From the NCBI GenBank assembly GCA_000934665.2, contig KZ538243.1:1-64000 (forward strand): a stretch of 64,000 nt of DNA. The letters are read 5' to 3'. The stretch comes from Catajapyx aquilonaris. Taxonomy: Eukaryota. Below, piece after piece: positions 42,501 through 53,965 of this stretch; position 1 is the stretch's first letter, and each line of letters begins with the position of its first letter. Under the pieces are notes generated by a model that saw only the letters and a program-made list of their open reading frames with translations, was not told the origin of the DNA and searched no databases. Position numbers and translations under genes: made by a program.

Positions 42501-45450
42501 GGAAAGTCCGCTTTTTTTTTTCCAGGCGAGTTCCTCGCAGAAAGCGAGTCTCACCTGTCAAAAGAAAGGTGCGAGAAAGAAAGGGAAGAGAAAAACTATA
42601 GAGACGAGGAAAGGTGAAGGCATCGCTGGGCACTTCCTATCATAAAGTACAGGATGATCAAAAAAACTATAGGCTATGGCAACTGGCAAAAATCGAATAA
42701 TTCGCAATTTTATTCAGTCTGTTCGCATATTATTTTTACTGGTTTTATTAAGCAGTTTTTTTTGGAACGGGCTATTTGATGCTAATATTAGGTGCAATAG
42801 ACACTGGATTAACTAATGCAAAAAAATTGTCTAGGTTATGCGAAAAAAATAGTTAGCAATTATTGGCTTAAATGCACAATGGGTCGTTTCAAATATTTTG
42901 CGCTCATAAATTAACTGAGGTTCATGACCCGATGGGAATATGTAATCCAATATTGGCAGACTAATAAATTTATATTAGAAGTAATATGAAGCTAAAATTA
43001 CTAGACTATAAATACTTTCATTGCAATGTATCTGTAATTTATGTCGTTTATTTAATATCAGTACCGCATCATTGCTCTTTACGCACAATTGCCCTATAAG
43101 TGCACATTTAAAGATTTTAATGAAGCAATTTAAATGAGATAAAATAGCAATAAATTGATTAAAATAAACGCAAATAAATCCGTCTAAATTAAATTAATAA
43201 AGTGTATTTAAAATTCGCCTACCCTAAAAGTTTTGGCCCACCCTGTAAGTTTAAGGTGAAAATTCGGGTCACTGTCATGCTCGGAATCACCAATCGTGAC
43301 CCACCTTATATTTAAGAAGGTGCACTTATGAACTTTCTCTTCCAAGGGTGCCCATTCATTACATCCAACATCTCCTTTTATTAGTGACAAGAGTGGTGGA
43401 AGTAGGTTGTTACGGTTGTTGGTTGTAATGTTATTTTAGAGTGAGTTTATAATTCTCTGACCGTTTGAAGGCTATCGGAGAGAGATCGGGTTGAGCGGAA
43501 CTTTGACCCTTGTTGGTTGGGGGTTGCACAGGAAGGAACTCCTGAATTTCATTGGTACCTTCCGTTGTCAGGTCGCAAGTCGTGCGTGCAGTGCATGACT
43601 TCACTGTTATTTTGCTCCAGGTTCATTAGACAGAGAGACATACATGCAAAAAAAATTATTATGAAAGAATGTTGCAATGAGCTGCTCACAGGTGCACATC
43701 ATTATTGCAAAATGTGCGGATTCCAATTATTCTCTACAAATTTTTGCGCAAAAAAAAATGTTTTTTTGATATTAATCGTGCGTGGAAAGTGAGAGAATCG
43801 GTATCGCGTACGGTAGAAGATTACATGGTATAGGGTGATTTATCCTTGGTCGTAATTATTGCGGTGTTGAGCTGTGCCCTGTTAAATTTCAAGCGGTGGT
43901 CCATACTTACAATGGATTACCGGTATTTCGCTACATTACGTTCGCAAAATGTGTAACGCTCCATAAATTATGGCCATACACTATTATAGAACCGAGTGGT
44001 TTTTGCTATCTGGAGAAGGATCAGCAATTTACTGTCATTATAATATGTAAAGGTAATGAGCAATCGGATGTAGGGCTATTCACTATATGCAGCAAAATTT
44101 AAACAGAATATGCAATAATTTTAACTGCGAAAAATCTGTGTAATTGCTGAATATTTTCTGATTATACCCAGGTACCGGTACGCCCAGTTGCATGACTCGC
44201 ATAAAAATGCCGGCCATTTAAAATTAACACTTTTTGTCACCGCAATTAGTAGCCTACACACTTGCTGAAGTCCCAGCCGCCACATACCGGTGTGCAAATG
44301 TCACAAAATGTAGCAACTGCATTTCCGCGAGAACATTTTGCCACAATTTTTGCAGAGAACATTGTGGCAAAATTCTTGCTCACGCACCGGCCATAAAACT
44401 TTCACACATTCACAACTCATATGCTCTCCTTTACAATGAGCAAAGAACAATATAACAGAGACCAAAAGATGGCCAAGAGATGGCCCCCCAATAGGCCGAG
44501 ACGCAAATCAGCCTCGTTTTCAATCAAGTGCGATGCGTCTAACGGGGCCAAGGATACGACACACATTCACATATGTCAGAGTTAGCACCTTGGAATGTGC
44601 CAAATCAGCCGACTTGAACTAAATGAGACTAAAGGGCACCTTATTAGGACAGCGGTCATTTTTTACTTCGGCTTCATGTATACATAATACCCCAACCTGT
44701 ACTCTTACATAACTGACGCTGTTCCTGTGAAAAGTCATCCCTCCTGAGGCTATTCCTGCTTCTTATCCCACGCTGGATACCACGCCTTTTGAAGCTTCCT
44801 CGAAGTAGAGGCGTGATTGCGGTTATGTCACATATTTTTCATCCAGACTTCCTCTTTGCAGAAGACATAACCAGCACCGTTGGAGGGGATGAATCAACCT
44901 CGGTGACCGCATCGACGGACACGTTCCCATCATCTTCTGGTGATGACCTGTCCACCCCACGTCCCACGTCCGTACACACAGGCCTGTACGCCATCTTGAC
45001 ACATGTCCGGACTGAGACGTCGGTGGGGTCGGAGGTCACGTCAGTTCCGGAGCAGGCGGTGGAACAGCCTGTTCTGCTGGACTCGGACAATGAGCTCAAC
45101 TGGACGTCCACTACTTCCATGAGAGAGTTTTCCTACCCGCTCAAGCCTAGTGGCACAGGAGGTATGCAAATTTCTGCACCAGGGTGTACCCCAAATTACT
45201 GGGAAACATTAGGTAACTGTATCTCCCCATACACTTGTGCTTGGACCTACAATGCACTTTACTTTCAGTTGGATTCTACAAGGAAGTCAGCTTGTCTGGA
45301 CGTCCTCTGTCCCAGGCTACACGAGAAGGACGAAGCTTCAGCGGAGTTCAAACCGAAGCTTCAGCGTCAAGTGGGTCGTGCCAGGTGACGCAAAGTGTTG
45401 TGATGGCTGCGGCTGTCATGATTCATCTCAGATGGACGCTAATTTGCTAA
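39503..45450 (+). CDS. small Ser/Thr-rich secreted or GPI-anchored protein (~180 aa), 3 exons found
   Basis: Exon 39503-39563 encodes the signal peptide MASNMRFGVVLLAVVLAALA with a G|gtaagt donor. Exon 44862-45161 (alternative in-frame acceptor 44847) encodes EDITSTVGGDESTSVTAST.. Exon 45269-45450 encodes ..SASSGSCQVTQSVVMAAAVMIHLRWTLIC*. All junctions are phase 1 and in frame. Extra exons in the 5.3-kb intron are not excluded. Confidence 0.6.
42650..43245. mobile_element. degenerate Tc1/mariner-type MITE
   Basis: The left end TA|CAGGATGATCAAAAAAACTATAGG resembles the right-end reverse complement TA|CAGGGTGGGCCAAAACTTTTAGGG; the interior is AT-rich. Confidence 0.4.
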
Positions 45451-45691
45451 TGTTTGTTGCAATGTTCATAGTGTGTAATGCATTCCTTTATAGTCAAGAG
45501 GACTCGTCTTCCATCGTGTTGTTATGTCATACTCCATTCATTTGTCGTGTAAATAAGCTGTAACAAGTTCAGTCTTATCGTTTCATTTATTGAAAATACC
45601 TGAATCCGACTTGAGCAGTTAGCATTACACATTCAAGTTATAATTATCATTATTCTTATTGGCATGTGGTGAACACTGAAGGAACAATGTA

Positions 45692-46305
45692 CAGCGTGGA
45701 CGGAAAGTTTAGGACCCCCCCCCCCCTCCCACAGATTTGGGATTCTAATGTGTGTCCTTGGAGGAGACATTGTGAATATTGAAATGTGTCTTGTTAATTA
45801 ATTTACCAAGGTACAGGACTGTCTACTGACCTTTCGTACCAACAAAATATTTTCAAAGTAGAAATGGTGAGTACCAATGTGAGGATTGGAAAGTAATGCA
45901 TCCGCTCGGATCCGCAATTTAATGCATTGCTTTTCATATTTTTATTGGACCAGGTTATAGACCAATGCGAAAAATAAGGTCAGGAATATATTTACCACAT
46001 TTTACTGGAGGGAAATTCATGGAAAAGGGTCACGAAAACCTTACCCGCCACAGAATATGACCAGGTTCCTCCAAGGCAACGAGCAAAATAAACGCAAAGC
46101 AGATAGGATGTATGGATGAGTCACAGAGGCGAAGTTATTAATGGAATTGCAGGAGCGCAGGTGCTCACAGTCATGTTGTCAAGATTATGCTTCAAAAGAT
46201 AGTGTACATTATAACTGCTTGTGGAATTTTAAAAGATGTGAACAGACCCTGTGAAATGTACAGTTCAAAAACCTGGGGGGTGTCCTAAACTTTCCGTCCA
46301 CCCTG
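45692..46305. mobile_element. Tc1/mariner-type MITE (614 bp) with TA target duplication
   Basis: The TIR CAGCGTGGACGGAAAGTTTAGGACCCCCC matches the right-end reverse complement CAGGGTGGACGGAAAGTTTAGGACACCCC. TA lies at 45690-45691 and 46306-46307. Confidence 0.85.
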
Positions 46306-47695
46306 TAGCTATTACAGTCACAGTCTACACTTCATTATGTGACCTGAAACGCATGAAAACAAGGTCACATGTTCCTCGGAATAGAACTAGTCATTATGAA
46401 CAGTATAGTAGTCCTTGACACGTACTTTCTGAGGGTCAAGTCGGTTATTTTTTGCCTGATAGGAACAATGCTATAAACATAAAGGATGTTCAATAGAATT
46501 GCATAATAATTATGCTTTGCGGTTCATATCCAATGATATCCAATGATCATTCATATCCAAATGAGATATAAAGTACGCCATCTCAAGTTAACGCCATTGC
46601 ACAGTGATTAAAAACAGGGAGCAAAGATCCAAAGTTTGTCAGCGAAACTTTAACTTGCTCTCCTGAAAACGTGGGTCTGATTTGGATGCAGGATACTCCC
46701 TTTTCCTCCCAACCAGCTCAATCCAAACTTCTTTCCTGCAGACTAACTTTGCCACTAACTCCACGAAATCATGAACCCAGAGCCAATATAACATAGGGCT
46801 GTTTGCTAGTGACACAGCCGACATTATAGCATATAATGATAACACGAAACCAATAAATTTAAGCAGAGCCTTTATGTTTCAGTAACTCACAATCTTTCAG
46901 TTGTTTCTTTTTCCTTATTTATACAATGAGTGCAATAAAAGTTTAGTACCCCATCGTAGTAAAATTGTCGGCAAATTGCAACGTCGCTTGTACGTCGATG
47001 CAACGTCACTTGTACGTCGATTTTTTGCTAGCCAACAATACAAACTTTAGATGACTGGTAACTCACATACTATACCTCATGCACTGGTTATAACCACGGT
47101 TATAACGTCTTGCAAAATATGAACTGCCGAGAAATGGTATACTCTCTCGTTCGCTCTTTTGAGGGTTGATATCAACGCCTTGTCGACAGTGTTGCCAATT
47201 TTCATAAGAGCATGTATTTCAAGCATAATTGAACATGAAGTGTGAAGTAACTGTCAGCAAACTTTAAATTTCACAATAATAAGTACTGGTATCTCCGATG
47301 CTGGTTTTCAAATTATGCTTACAGTCAGAGAAAGATGAATTATTGTTGGTCTCTAATCAGGGCGTTCCTGATGTACTCTACTAGACCTGTATGTCCTGTA
47401 TATTGTCAGCTGGGTTTGTTAATTCGCAGCACTGATTATTATGAACACGTAGGCTACTGTACAGCAGGCTTTATCATCCAGTTCACACAACCCTGAAGCC
47501 AGCGGAATCATAAGGCGTGAAATGTATATACCACGGACCGTCTACAAAGAGTAATGTCATTCGATACGATAAAAAGTACACGTTCCATTTCCTTGATACT
47601 CGTATTCATGCAACTGATTTATTATGAACGCCCTTAAAATAAGATGTGCATATCAAAAACAACAATGCCATGCATTTAAATGCAATTAAATCAAG

Positions 47696-49494
47696 TCAAC
47701 ATAAATTCCCAGACTCCAAAAAACTCTTCATAAAATTGGAAATCTCTTCCGCTGTCGACCTTTCCTTAGGGTCGTGTTTGCACATCATCTTCAGCAGCTG
47801 CTGCCTATGGGTGTCGTTGTGAGGCTCAAATTGCTCAGGTAAATAATCATCCTCAGTCTTCAATCTGGAGAAGTTGATAATTAACTCGTGGTCTTTGAAT
47901 ATGGCGGAAAAAGGTGTCAGTCCCTCGAAGAAAATCGCGCCAAGAGAGAAGATGTCAGTCTTACGACCATATCTACTTCCAGTCCACTGCTCAGGACTCA
48001 CGTAGTTAGTAGTGCCTAGGTATTTCGTATGGTCCACATTTGAGAGGCTGTGTATCGGAACTCCTGCCACTTCTTTAGTAATTCCAAAATCGGCTACTTT
48101 TACCAGATCGTTAGAGCACAGCAATATATTTGCAGGCTTTAAGTCTCTATGCATGAACATATTGCTATGAATGTACTGAACTGCTGACACAACTTGCCTG
48201 AAGTATTGCATGAACTTGTCACTGTCCACGTTGTACCTCTTCCTATCAATATACTGTTTCAGCGTATCATGTTCGCAAAGTTCCATACTAATGTACAAAT
48301 AACGGGAATTTCTACCGTAGAAGCTGTACTGACTTGCATCAAATTGACGTTTCAGGTATCTGGCATCCCAAGCTATTTGATCATCTCTATCTGCATTCTC
48401 TATCCAAGACTCAAAATATGTTATGATGTTCTTGTGCTTCAAAGTTTTCATTGCTTCTACTTCTCTCATCATCTTATCGATGTCTTTTTTGCTAAAAGGA
48501 TCTGATGTGTTGGGATTAGTTTCAGCCAATCGAATACGTTTGATGGCGCTCCCCTGATCCTCCCTTCTGTCCAATACTTCGAAGACCACCCCACATGCAC
48601 CACTTCCGAGGTAGCCTTCAACCTTAAATGTCTTGTCGCAGTAGCCATCTTTGATGGGGATATCGGATGGACAACTTTCCACGCTGTAAATGATTATGTA
48701 GTTATTAGCAGTTATTATTAGCACCGTTATTAAGATATGCTGGTATTCATTTCAAACTGTAAACTTAGAATTATTTTTATTTTCTCACCCTTTTTCATTT
48801 TCCTCCAATATTTCAGATAAATGATTGGGGCTGCAAAGAGAACGGACACAATAAGAGACTCATCATCACCGTGCGTTGTTGTCATCTTCGTCATTAATTT
48901 ATGAGCAAGATGGGTGCATTTCATTGCTCGTAATGAACAAATGAAGATGTTATACTTTTTGGCAGAATATAGCATCCTAGGAATTGGCAAGCAATTCATT
49001 TCAAAAGTTATCATATTTTTACAGGCATTTAAAAACTATGGCAAAAGTTAATGGATATTTATGTCATTGCTTGGAAAGGTACACTGATTTTACTATTTCG
49101 TCTTTTGGCCTCACCATATTTTCTCATCCACGTCACCCTCATCATCTCCCTTTTCCAGCAGCTCCTGACTAAACTGACCACATCCACCTCCTGATGCAAC
49201 TGATATGTCACTTAAGCTATCTGTGCTGATGCAGGCACTACAACCACAAAGATCTAAGAGAAAATTACATATACAGGCACAACATTTTCCTTTGGTGTAG
49301 TACATGGTGTAGCAGAGAAGAAAACAGCATGAAATAACAACCACAAATCCTAGCGCAGAGAAAACTTCTGCAACGACAGTTATCCATGATGGTACCCTTT
49401 CAATCTCAACTACATTTTGTTTCGTGAAGTTGTCGACGAGATCCACGGATCCGTTTTCATCAGCACCGAGATAGTCGACTGGCCCGGTTGCCAT
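47696..49494 (-). CDS. K1: single-pass membrane eIF2-alpha-kinase-family protein (PKR/PERK-like domain), 455 aa, intact
   Basis: Exon 49494-49115 (MATGP..NGS..NFT.., TM WITVVAEVFSALGFVVVISCCFLLCYTMYY, then KGK and a Cys-rich stretch; TG|gtgagg) splices in phase 2 to kinase exon 48683-47696 (988 nt). Motifs: GSGACGVV, AIKRI, MREVEAMKTLKHKNIITYFESW, YLYISMELC..TLKQYI, HRDLKPAN, DFG, HTKYLGTTNYVSPEQ, KTDIFSLG. The YLYIxMELC and HT...GT..YxSPEQ signatures are typical of eIF2-alpha kinases. The start codon is inferred. Confidence 0.85.
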
Positions 49495-50637
49495 TTGAAA
49501 CGAGGGCCTTTTTGTATCCAAGGTCTCTGTGGTTGAAGCTGTAAATTTTTTTTTAAATGTATAACCCTTCGGGCTCCGTCACATTGGGCCTACTGCATAT
49601 CAGTCACACATTACGTACCTGAGGAATGGTGGTTATAATGGTTATAGTGACGGAATGGTGGTATAATAATTGTGCCGCACACATCAAAGGCGATCGATCA
49701 TTTCAAATTGTGGTTTTGTTTGGTTGCACGGAACGAACTACTAGTAGTCATCTTGCGATGACCCCTTGTTGTGTGTCCTGCTGATATTAGCCAGTCTGAA
49801 ACTCATAAGAAAAGAGACTGCTGGTATAGGGGCCGGAGACTTAACTTTACAGTCCCCCACCCTTCACTCCCAGCCAATGCAGCAGAGGTGTTACCGGCAG
49901 AATATTGATCTGAGCAAGACAGAAAAAGTGTAGAAAAGTAACACATAGAATACATACTGTATGTGGAAGAAATGCTTTTGTTCAATCATGGATGGATGCA
50001 AAACATTGATTATTAGATTAATGTCCAAAAAATGATATAATGTCACAGTCTCACATACCTGGTATTGCAGAAGGCGCCTTCCACAAAACGACTGACTCAT
50101 GTCTCATAATATTATCAATCCGACTCTTCATCAACAACTAGATAAAAAAACTGCATATTTCCTAAGAATCTTTTATAGATCACTCATGCACAACTTGTTT
50201 TATACCCTTACTGATAGCAGATTATGTTGTGCACCCCAACTTATAGCCTACTAAAATGACGTTACATTTACAATAAGTTGCAATTAAGAAATTCGTTATG
50301 ATGTTATTGAAACAATGAACTCTTACCATGACATCCCGACTTCCCGAGTTATCAAAAAGGAAAAGCTGTTAATCCGATTACGTGATAATGATAATCTTAT
50401 CATTCCAGGAAATAGTTTTTATAAGCGACACATTCAAGTCTACTGTAATGCAGTCTTTTTATGTGGTGTGTAAAATGTATTCCCACAACTGTAGCCTGCA
50501 GGACGTTTACTTGGAATCTGAAATTTTCTGCAAGGTTTATACGAAGCGTTTAGTTATAAGGCTTATGACTGTCATAACTCCAGTTTCCTCACATTTTACT
50601 GCATGGTCATATCTAGCAAACAGCATATTGTACCATA

Positions 50638-50993
50638 GGGGGAGGTGTGGTGGCCGGGATGGTAACATCTCGGCTTGCTGAGTGAAAGGTCCCAGGTTCG
50701 ATCCCCGCCTGGGAGTTCCCTTCCACCTGCGTCGGGAGGGTCTCTGACCTGCACCTTGGAGGTGTCTGGCAAACTAACCTCCTGGGGGACTGCACATGGC
50801 CCAAACTTGAGACATTGCACCTGCACCCCTGTCCCCTCCCCGAAAATCCCTATATCCTTACCTAATGTCCTTGTTTCCTTGCACCGGAGATTGAAGTTAA
50901 CAAATCAGAAAATTGATGGTGGTGTGCCACCCCACAAAAGGGCCTATGGAGGCCTATAATGGGGTAAAATAAGTAAATAAATAAATAAATAAA
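50638..50993 (+). mobile_element. full-length tRNA-derived SINE, family A
   Basis: A/B boxes (GGTTCGATCCC), a (TAAA)n tail and a 13-bp TSD ATATTGTACCATA at 50625-50637 and 50994-51006. Confidence 0.9.
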
Positions 50994-51132
50994 ATATTGT
51001 ACCATAAGAGCAAAAACATTCCCTTCAGTGAAAAAAGGGTAGTAAGACCTCCGTGGCGGAATGAAAGTACTGAAACAAGGCAGGCGCACGTAAGACCTTC
51101 ACCAATTGATTTAAGCTGTAGCATACGTCTTA

Positions 51133-51258
51133 GGGCCAGTTTCACCGAGCTCGGTATATGATAAAACCTGGTTTCTTTCTGAAAATCCATACAAAATCGT
51201 ATGAATTTTTAGAAAGAAACCTGGTTTTATCATATACCAAGCTCGGTGAAACTGGCCC
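51133..51258. mobile_element. 126-bp palindromic MITE, PIF/Harbinger (Tourist)-like
   Basis: The 60-bp arms start GGGCCAGTTTCACCGAGC and have 4 mismatches around a 6-nt loop. TTA TSD at 51130-51132 and 51259-51261. Confidence 0.85.
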
Positions 51259-51310
51259 TTACTCAAGCAATTTCCAATTTACTGCTCATGAAGTCTCCTT
51301 TCTGAAAACA

Positions 51311-51441
51311 ATGGGTGAAATTTTCGTCGTACTACTAGTTACTTCTAACTTAGCAGTATCTACCATTGTAGTGCAATGGTACTGCTAAGTTAGTAGTAAC
51401 TATAGTTACTACAGTAGTCGTACGACGAAAATTCCATCCAT
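51311..51441. repeat. second long imperfect palindrome (probable MITE)
   Basis: Outer arms are ATGGGTGAAATTTTCGTCGTAC / GTACGACGAAAATTCCATCCAT. Inner arms are TAGTTACTTCTAACTTAGCAGTA..TACCATTG / CAATGGTACTGCTAAGTTAGTAGTAACTA. Confidence 0.75.
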
Positions 51442-52610
51442 GAATTTTCCACGAGCCACTCCATATAAGTGTTTTCTGAAATTCGGAACTTCAATATATG
51501 CACATTGAATTTCTATGCAATTGGTGCGAATTTATTGCCATGAAACATTTATGCAGAATGGTCACCTCTTTCAGATGCTAATTTTAACTCTAATGTTTAA
51601 TTTTTCACATGTAAATGTAAATTGGTGAATTTTCGAGTCTTTTTCGATTGTATTCAGCATTTTCAGGAGCGAAAATTTCCAAGTCTGTGAGGATGGGTAC
51701 TGACTTGATCAAGGACTTGATCTTTCTGTTAGGGAACCCCAGCGTGCATTATTTGGTTTGTCGACAATACTGACACAGTGTTATATGATGTCACCTTTTT
51801 GACATAGTTATAGTGACCGGGTTAAGAATGATAACAATGTTATTGTTATTTTTGGAATGTGGAAAATTGGAGTATAGGCGTCGATGGCAAGTAGCGAGGG
51901 GAGCGATACGTTGACATTTTTATCGGTATATTTTATTCTTGATGCATATTTTAATATAGCCTAATAAACATTTTAAACACGAGTATATGATGATGAACAC
52001 ATCTTTTCATACTGAAGGGCGATCTTACGGATGCCCGGAACGGTCACGTCTCACATTAATAATTATTATTGTGCCGCACACTAAACATCAAAGGCGATCA
52101 ATCATTTCAAATTCCCCGTCAGCGCACCGAAAGTGCATATGTGTAAATAAATTGCACTGCAGTATAATCACGTATATTGGTACAATTAAACTGATGGCAT
52201 ACTTCAATGTCGCTAACTAAATTCCGTTGGAAATGTATAGCCTTCTATTTTTGATACACTCTAAGAAATGTCTTGGATAAAACAGGAATTGTCATTAGTT
52301 TCACTTTTCAATAGTTCATAACATTTGCAGATATGAAGCTCGGCACAAAATGATTTCATTTTCGGTTGTCATATATTGTCCTTTATTAGCATGTTCAGTT
52401 TCATCAAGCCATAATTATCACCTCGCAAAGTTCTCGTGTCAGGAGACTCTGTAGCAAGTTGGATTACGTTTGTGCATTGTGGTGATTTACTTTAGGAGAA
52501 ACTCATGGCAACCATGTAGTCTATGTGTAAGGCTAGCAGCAATGACCTCCCTATGCAAAAATGGTTTAGGTTTTCAAATGCTTATTGGTAGACATAAGAA
52601 GAATTTATCA

Positions 52611-52924
52611 CCGAAGCAGTAGTGGTGTAGTGGTATGGTGTCCGACTGCTAATCGGGAGGTCCTGGGTTCGAATCCCGGAGGCCGGCGACCCTGACCATG
52701 GTTTTCTGTGGTTTCCCATGGTCCTTGCAGGATAATTCCGGGGTCGTTACCGTAATATAGGCCACAGCCGCCTCCTTACTTCCCTTTCCCTGCTTCAATC
52801 CGGTGATGAGAAAAATAGTAAAAATGGAAGAGATCCAGACAAAAAATTGGGAGAAATCCCCCCCTAGGAAAGCCCGTAGGCTGATAATGGGGTATCAAAT
52901 TATTATATTAATTATTAATTATAT
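52611..52924 (+). mobile_element. full-length tRNA-derived SINE, family B
   Basis: The head is CCGAAGCAG..GTGGTGTAGTGG..GGGTTCGAATCCCGG and the core is GGTTTTCTGTGGTTTCC..AGGCCACAGCCG. The 16-bp TSD TAAGAAGAATTTATCA lies at 52595-52610 and 52925-52940. Confidence 0.9.
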
Positions 52925-53479
52925 TAAGAAGAATTTATCAGAGAGAGAAAGAGAGAAAGAGATGACCTGAAGGGTGTGGTGGAAGAACTTCATAACCCTC
53001 ATTTTTGGCAATATTTTTTTTACCTGAACACGTACCAATTAATTATGTATAAAAAAAACAAACATGACAAACAGTTTGGTATTCTCCAAGTTCAGGTATC
53101 ATGCACGATACGGCAACACGGAAAAATATATCAAAACCCACATGCCATATATGATTTGTGATAAGAGTGCAAACTTCAGTTTGCTGTCATGAAAAGTCAT
53201 ACTTTTAAGGGTTATGAAGTTTTCCCACCACACTACTGATCATAATGTATGTTCGGCACATTCAATCAGCAATATTTTTTATTCATTTGCAGAGCTGTTC
53301 AGCAGGGTTTATCATCCAGTACACGCAGCCCTGCAGCCAGCGGAATCGTAAAGGGTGAAATGTACTACGAGTCTACAAAAAATATTGACTCGATATGATA
53401 CAAAGCGGTACGTAGTACATCTTGTCACTTCCTCTGCAGGTAGCTGTTTTATTATGGACCCCTTTAAATATAAGACATG

Positions 53480-53482
<3 letters not shown>

Positions 53483-53562
<80 letters not shown>

Positions 53563-53901
53563 TATTGTACCCCGGTGGGTTTAAAAAACCTTTGGGGGGA
53601 GACGACTGGTTACATTGTAAATATAGTTACTAACATTATTGCTAGTTGGGTTTTTGGCGTAATACGTAATTACAGCTTTACATCTAAAGGGGGAAACATC
53701 TTAACATATTTGATAATTTGGGAAATATGTATGAGGTTTACAAAATCGCTGAAGACGTTATGCTGCAACCATGCACTTGCTCACATGCCTCACTGTCAGA
53801 AAATTTTGGAGGTTGTAGAAGTTGTGTCCATCGATATTATTTGTCATTGCGACCGTGTTTAAGTTTGGTGCTGGCGGAAAAGAATGTAAAAAAATTGCTC
53901 G
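53483..53901 (-). mobile_element. 5'-truncated non-LTR retroelement with a (TAA)n tail, inserted just downstream of the K2 stop
   Basis: The 13-bp TSD ATAAGACATGTAT lies at 53470-53482 and 53902-53914. The + strand has (TAT)n at 53483-53565. The paralogous K1 3' flank (47631-47670) lacks the insert. Confidence 0.8.
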
Positions 53902-53965
53902 ATAAGACATGTATCAAAACAACAATACCAAAATGAAACCTGTAATGCCTGTAATGTAAGTCACG

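Noticed and set aside
48194..48505. Identical 103-aa + strand ORFs here and at 54464-54775
   Set aside because: They are antisense shadows of the identical K1/K2 tract, not separate genes.
48725..48756. Possible mini-exon before the K1 kinase exon
   Set aside because: It has an in-frame TAA and only a 41-nt downstream intron.
52611..52690. tRNA-Ser(GCT) gene (also the heads at 50638 and 62010)
   Set aside because: There is no paired acceptor stem or long variable arm, and each is followed by a body, tail and TSD, so they are SINE heads.
53355..53862. Poly-Y and poly-I ORFs
   Set aside because: Artefacts of the (TAT)n retroelement tail.
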